32,000 nucleotides of DNA from Geopsychrobacteraceae bacterium. Lineage in GTDB: Bacteria; Desulfobacterota; Desulfuromonadia; Desulfuromonadales; Geopsychrobacteraceae. The stretch covers positions 2,411,877 through 2,443,876 of the forward strand of contig OY781919.1 of the NCBI GenBank assembly GCA_963677215.1, in the 5' to 3' direction. This document shows positions 27,813 to 32,000 of the stretch, piece after piece. Made by a program: the position numbers and the translations under genes. How positions within the stretch are numbered: the first letter of the stretch is position 1; each line of letters opens with the position of its first letter. The notes under the pieces are model-generated. The model did not search any database, was not told where the DNA came from, and worked only from the letters and a program-made list of their open reading frames with translations.

Positions 27813-28304
27813 ATGAAGAAATGGATATTGGCAGCACTTTTTCTGTTGCTAGCGACAGTTCCCCCATCTCTTTACGCAGCTGATGCACCAGCGGATTATG
27901 ATGCCAGCCAGCCGATCGAGATCTCGGCACAGCAGCTTGAAGCTAACCGGGAGGAACGGCGCTCCATTTTCCGCGGTGATGTCGTTGCTGTTCAGGGCAA
28001 CATGACCCTGAAGGCGGACACTCTGACCGTCTACTTTCTTAAAGAAGAGAACCGTATCGACCGGCTGATTGCCACCGGTCATGTCAGGGTTGATCAGCTG
28101 GATCGTATCGCGACGGCCGACGAGGCCGTTTACAGTCGTGTTGATGAGGTGCTGACCCTGAAAGGTAATGCCCAGGTTGAGCAAGGGCAGAACCGGGTCA
28201 ACGGTAATGAGATTGTCCTCTATCTGAACGAAAACAGGACCCTGGTCACGGGATCCGAACAGGGTAGGGTCAAGGCGGTTTTCAGTCCGGAGGACGATCA
28301 GTGA
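27813..28304 (+). CDS. lptA: LPS transport periplasmic protein LptA (OstA-like N domain)
   Basis: Signal peptide [22 protein letters not shown]. Repetitive beta-jellyroll-like sequence ([21 protein letters not shown]..). Lies between lptC and lptB. Confidence 0.85.
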   Translation: MKKWILAALFLLLATVPPSLYAADAPADYDASQPIEISAQQLEANREERRSIFRGDVVAVQGNMTLKADTLTVYFLKEENRIDRLIATGHVRVDQLDRIATADEAVYSRVDEVLTLKGNAQVEQGQNRVNGNEIVLYLNENRTLVTGSEQGRVKAVFSPEDDQ

Positions 28305-29026
28305 GTCGGCTGCTCAAGGCCAGTGGCCTGAGAAAGGCCTACGGTGGCCGTGAGGTTGTCGCCGGAGTTGACATGGAGGTCCGCTCCGGACAGGTGATCG
28401 GTCTGCTCGGACCCAACGGGGCAGGAAAGACAACCAGTTTTTACATGGTTGTCGGACTGGCCAGACCGGATCAGGGGCAGGTGTTTCTTGACGAACAGGA
28501 GATCACCCGCCTGCCGATGTATCAGCGCGCACGGGCCGGGATCTCTTATCTGCCTCAGGAGGCGTCGGTTTTTCGCAAACTGACTGTTGCCCAGAACCTG
28601 TTGGCGATCATTGAAACTCTGCGCCTGACCAGCGGCGAACAGAAGCAACGTCTCGAGGCCCTGCTGGATGATTTCAATATCGGGCACATCCGGAATTCGA
28701 AGGGCTATGCCCTGTCCGGTGGTGAGCGGCGCCGGGTCGAGATTGCTCGCTCTCTGGTTCTGGAACCCTCGTTTCTGCTGCTGGATGAGCCTTTTGCCGG
28801 AATCGACCCGATTGCCGTCGTCGATATTCAGGAGGTCATCTCGCAATTGAAGGAACGCGGCATTGGAATCCTGATCTCCGATCACAACGTCAGGGAAACT
28901 CTGGGGGTCTGCGACCAGGCATACATCCTCAATCAGGGAAAGATTCTGGAATTCGGAACCCCGCAATATATTGCCGACAGTCCGCTTGCCAGAGAATTTT
29001 ATCTGGGGGAAAAGTTTAGTCTTTAG
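28301..29026 (+). CDS. lptB: LPS export ABC transporter ATP-binding protein LptB
   Basis: [41 protein letters not shown]. 241 aa. GTGA overlap with lptA, with GGAGG 7 nt upstream. Confidence 0.94.
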   Translation: MSRLLKASGLRKAYGGREVVAGVDMEVRSGQVIGLLGPNGAGKTTSFYMVVGLARPDQGQVFLDEQEITRLPMYQRARAGISYLPQEASVFRKLTVAQNLLAIIETLRLTSGEQKQRLEALLDDFNIGHIRNSKGYALSGGERRRVEIARSLVLEPSFLLLDEPFAGIDPIAVVDIQEVISQLKERGIGILISDHNVRETLGVCDQAYILNQGKILEFGTPQYIADSPLAREFYLGEKFSL

Positions 29027-29075
29027 TAGTATGACTGCAGTGGAGATGGTGTCGTCACTTCAGGAATAAGGGAAT

Positions 29076-30533
29076 ATGGCTCTCGATTTACGATTACAGG
29101 TCAAACTCAGTCAGCAATTGGTGATGACGCCTCAGCTACAGCAGGCGATCAAGTTGCTGCAACTGTCTCGTGCGGAACTGCTCGATGTCGTCACCGAGGA
29201 GCTGGCGGAGAACCCTCTGCTGGAAGAGGGGATGGACGTCAAGGATGAGCATGAGCAGGAGGCGGTTGCCGTCGCTGGAGAAGAGATCAGCGATACTGTC
29301 GAGGCTCCCCCCGAACAGGAGATCAAGGGCGAATCCGAGGGGATGGAGGATATCGACTGGGAGACCTATCTCGAAGGCTACAGCATCGGCAATACCGACG
29401 CCCGTGACAATTATGAGGATATCGAAGAGCGCCCCTCCTATGAAAGCCTGCTGACCAAGAAGGAGAGCCTCTACGATCACCTGATGTGGCAGCTGAGCCT
29501 GTCCGACTTTGAAGATCAGCAGCGGATTATTGCCACTGAAATCATCGGTAATCTTGATGAGGCCGGTTACCTGCAGGCTGCCCCCGAAGAGATCTCTGCG
29601 ACTCTTGAAGTTGAGCAGGAGATAGTTGACGATGTCCTCGACATGGTCCAGCAGTTCGACCCGGCCGGCATCGCCTGCCGGAATCTGCAGGAATGCCTGC
29701 TGCTGCAACTGGAGCGTCTCGATCTGGAAGAGTCACTTGCTGCCGAGATCCTGCGCGACTGCATCGTCGAGCTCGAGGGGCGCAAATATCCGCAGATTGC
29801 CAAGAAGCTGCAGGTCTCGGTGGAGGATGTTCTTGCTGCCGCCAAGTTGATCTCCGGTCTCGATCCCCGCCCCGGGCGGATCTACAACACCGAGGACGTT
29901 CATTATATCGTTCCCGATATCTTCGTTCACAAGGTCGGCGACGAGTACGTTGTGACCCAAAACGATGAAGGTCTGCCAAACTTGCGCATCAACTCTTTTT
30001 ACCGCAACGCTCTGACCGATTCGGACTCTGTCGACAAGCAGGCCGGTGAATATATCCAGGAAAAGATGCGCAGTGCCGTCTGGCTGATCAAAAGTATCCA
30101 TCAACGCCAGAGAACGATCTATAAGGTGACCAAGAGCATCGTCAAGTTCCAGCGTGAATTCCTCGATCATGGTATCGAATACCTGAAGCCTCTGGTGTTG
30201 CGCGACGTTGCTGAAGACATCGAGATGCACGAATCGACGGTCAGTCGGGTGACAACCAACAAGTATGTCCAGACCCCTCAGGGGCTTTTCGAATTGAAGT
30301 TTTTCTTCAACAGCGGTATCAACACTGCTGACGGCGATGCTGTCGCCTCGGAGAGCGTCAAGAGCCGCATCAAGGAGATTGTCGCCGGCGAAGATCCCAA
30401 GAAGCCATATTCTGATCAGAAGATTGTTGCCCTGCTCAAGGACAAGGATATCAATATCGCTCGCAGGACCGTGACCAAGTATCGTGAAATGCTTGGGATC
30501 GGCTCTTCCACGGAGCGCAAAAGACTGTTTTAA
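29076..30533 (+). CDS. rpoN: RNA polymerase sigma-54 factor
   Basis: N-terminal region I LSQQLVMTPQLQQAIKLLQLSRAEL, an acidic region II, and the C-terminal RpoN box ARRTVTKYRE. Confidence 0.96.
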   Translation: MALDLRLQVKLSQQLVMTPQLQQAIKLLQLSRAELLDVVTEELAENPLLEEGMDVKDEHEQEAVAVAGEEISDTVEAPPEQEIKGESEGMEDIDWETYLEGYSIGNTDARDNYEDIEERPSYESLLTKKESLYDHLMWQLSLSDFEDQQRIIATEIIGNLDEAGYLQAAPEEISATLEVEQEIVDDVLDMVQQFDPAGIACRNLQECLLLQLERLDLEESLAAEILRDCIVELEGRKYPQIAKKLQVSVEDVLAAAKLISGLDPRPGRIYNTEDVHYIVPDIFVHKVGDEYVVTQNDEGLPNLRINSFYRNALTDSDSVDKQAGEYIQEKMRSAVWLIKSIHQRQRTIYKVTKSIVKFQREFLDHGIEYLKPLVLRDVAEDIEMHESTVSRVTTNKYVQTPQGLFELKFFFNSGINTADGDAVASESVKSRIKEIVAGEDPKKPYSDQKIVALLKDKDINIARRTVTKYREMLGIGSSTERKRLF

Positions 30534-30640
30534 CTGATTAATGACCGCGGCGTGGGGCCTGATGCTTTGTCGGCGATTCTGCGCTATACTGTAGTTACAG
30601 GTTTCATTCCGAAACCCGCTTGATTGAAGGAGGATGCCAT

Positions 30641-31189
30641 ATGCAAATTGCTGTTACCTTCCGGCACATGGAGACTAGTGAAGCTGTCCGCAACTATGTT
30701 GAAGAAAAACTTGCCCGGGTAAAAAAATACATTGATGAGCCGATTGATGCTCAGGTTGTTCTGTCTGTTCAGAAAAAGATAAATCACCGTGCAGAAGTAA
30801 CCATGGTCGCCAAGGGGTTGACCATGAAAAGTGCTGAAGAAACCAGTGATATGTATGCCGCAATCGATCTGATGGTTGATAAGATCGAGCGTCAGCTCAA
30901 GCGTTACAAGGAAAAACTCAAACGCCACAAGGGGAGCAGTGGTCCCGAGCGTCGGGTAGAAAAAACTGTCATTTCCGCACCGAGTGTCGATGCGGATGAC
31001 GCTTCTCCAGAGATTATTCGCAGCAACTCCTTTTTCGTCAAGCCGATGTCGGTTGAAGAAGCTGTCATGCAAATGGATCTTCTCGAGAAGGACTTTCTGG
31101 TCTTCACCGATGACCGTTCTGAAGAGATGAACGTTGTCTATCGGCGTAAAGACGGTAACTACGGTCTAATTGTCCCACAGGGCAGCTGA
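30641..31189 (+). CDS. hpf: Ribosome hibernation promoting factor (long HPF / sigma-54 modulation protein)
   Basis: MQIAVTFRHMETSEAVRNYVEEKL..KRYKEKLK plus a C-terminal dimerisation extension VVYRRKDGNYGLI. GGAGG lies 8 nt upstream of the ATG at 30641. The track's TTG at 30620 is less likely. Confidence 0.9.
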   Translation: MQIAVTFRHMETSEAVRNYVEEKLARVKKYIDEPIDAQVVLSVQKKINHRAEVTMVAKGLTMKSAEETSDMYAAIDLMVDKIERQLKRYKEKLKRHKGSSGPERRVEKTVISAPSVDADDASPEIIRSNSFFVKPMSVEEAVMQMDLLEKDFLVFTDDRSEEMNVVYRRKDGNYGLIVPQGS

Positions 31190-31197
31190 TTGACCAG

Positions 31198-31235
31198 GGC
31201 GCGGGTCCTTTTAAGGGCCCGCGCCTGTTTCTGTT
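31198..31235 (+). terminator. Rho-independent terminator after hpf
   Basis: 11-bp stem with one G-U pair: ggcgcgggtcc (31198-31208) / gggcccgcgcc (31215-31225), loop ttttaa, followed by tgtttctgtt. Confidence 0.65.
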
Positions 31236-31258
31236 GACACAAGAAAACGAACTTGACT

Positions 31259-31714
31259 ATGAAAATTTCCGAACTACTCAATGCTCAGGCGATAGTCGCC
31301 GATCTCAAGGCAAAAGATAAGAACAAGGCGCTGGGTGAACTGACCGACGCGTTGATTGCCTGCGAACCATCCCTGAGCCGGGATAACGTCCTGGCTGTCC
31401 TGCTTGAGCGTGAAAAGCTTGGCAGTACCGGGATCGGTGACGGTGTGGCCATTCCTCACGGTAAACTGTCCGGTATCCCTGAACTGAAACTGGTTTTCGG
31501 CCGCAGCATCGGTGGTGTTGATTTTGAGTCGATGGACGGTCAGATGGCACATCTGTTCTTTCTGCTGATCGCTCCGGAAGAGTCGGTCGGAGTTCATCTC
31601 AAAACCCTGGCCCGGATCTCCAAGCTGCTCAAGGATCCCGCTGTTCGCCAGAAGCTGATGGCTGCTGCAGGTCAGGACGAGATTTTTCAGGTCATTGTTG
31701 ACGAAGAAGAATAA
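31259..31714 (+). CDS. ptsN: PTS IIA-like nitrogen regulatory protein (EIIA-Ntr)
   Basis: LEREKLGSTGIGDGVAIPHGK contains the phosphorylatable His motif. About 150 aa. Occupies the rpoN-hpf-ptsN position. Start taken at the ATG (MKISELL). Confidence 0.9.
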   Translation: MKISELLNAQAIVADLKAKDKNKALGELTDALIACEPSLSRDNVLAVLLEREKLGSTGIGDGVAIPHGKLSGIPELKLVFGRSIGGVDFESMDGQMAHLFFLLIAPEESVGVHLKTLARISKLLKDPAVRQKLMAAAGQDEIFQVIVDEEE

Positions 31715-31778
31715 TACTGTTTTTCATGGCTCCGGAGCCTGATCCGGATGTGACCAATGGCTATATGCCCCGAGAATT

Positions 31779-32000
31779 ATGCCGAAGCTCACAATTCAGG
31801 AAATCTTAGATGAAACAGAGGCTGGTCTTGATCTTGAGCTTCTCGCCGGAGCCGAAGGCCTGGGCAATACTGTTTCTGCGCCACGGATCCAAAAACCGGG
31901 ACTAGCCCTGACCGGTTATACGACAAATCTTCACTCGGACCGTGTTCAGGTGCTTGGTTCGACCGAACTCAGTTATCTTGCAACCCTGCCCGGTGCCAAG
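31779..32000 (+). CDS. hprK: HPr kinase/phosphorylase, N-terminal fragment (continues beyond the window)
   Basis: Not in the ORF track because it is open to the window end. Translation is MPKLTIQEILDETEAGLDLELLAGAEGLGNTVSAPRIQKPGLALTGYTTNLHSDRVQVLGSTELSYL, a typical HprK N-terminal domain pattern. Position after ptsN fits. Confidence 0.75.
   Translation, partial: MPKLTIQEILDETEAGLDLELLAGAEGLGNTVSAPRIQKPGLALTGYTTNLHSDRVQVLGSTELSYLATLPGAK

Noticed and set aside
31234-31239. TTGACA hexamer just upstream of ptsN
   Set aside because: No acceptable -10 hexamer follows at 16-18 nt, and the ATG would fall inside the would-be -10 region. It is part of the terminator's T-rich tail region.

Overview
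The window reads as chromosomal DNA from a moderately GC-rich bacterium. Gene content and order (pyrG inside a KDO cluster, lptCAB-rpoN-hpf-ptsN-hprK, phoH-pgpH-ybeY-corC-lnt) resemble Desulfuromonadales/Geobacter-type deltaproteobacteria. That placement is inference from synteny, not a search result.

The right half (14.2-32 kb, + strand) is ordinary housekeeping: ribosome maturation and lipoprotein genes, a Na/Pi transporter, KDO/LPS-transport genes, sigma-54 and the PTS-Ntr genes.

The left half (- strand) holds:
- A truncated PHP-Cache-PAS membrane sensor that is missing from the ORF track.
- An ActP-like symporter with a coupled small subunit.
- An AT-rich ~1.8 kb island carrying one orphan nucleotidyltransferase-like/P-loop-kinase-like fusion gene, bracketed by strong hairpins.
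- ettA.
- The most unusual element: a tandemly duplicated two-gene cassette at 7438-14095.

Each cassette copy encodes a ~710-aa HEAT-repeat protein of unrecognised family, translationally coupled through an ATGA overlap to a ~380-aa HD-GYP-type phosphohydrolase with a deviant signature motif. All four proteins share the same N-terminal domain, built around a LY-x3-H(P/R)Q motif. I consider this an uncharacterised, possibly heteromeric, nucleotide-second-messenger module.

I recognised no rRNA, tRNA, CRISPR array, IS element or integrase. All function calls rest on motif recognition by eye; no database search or computed identity was available.
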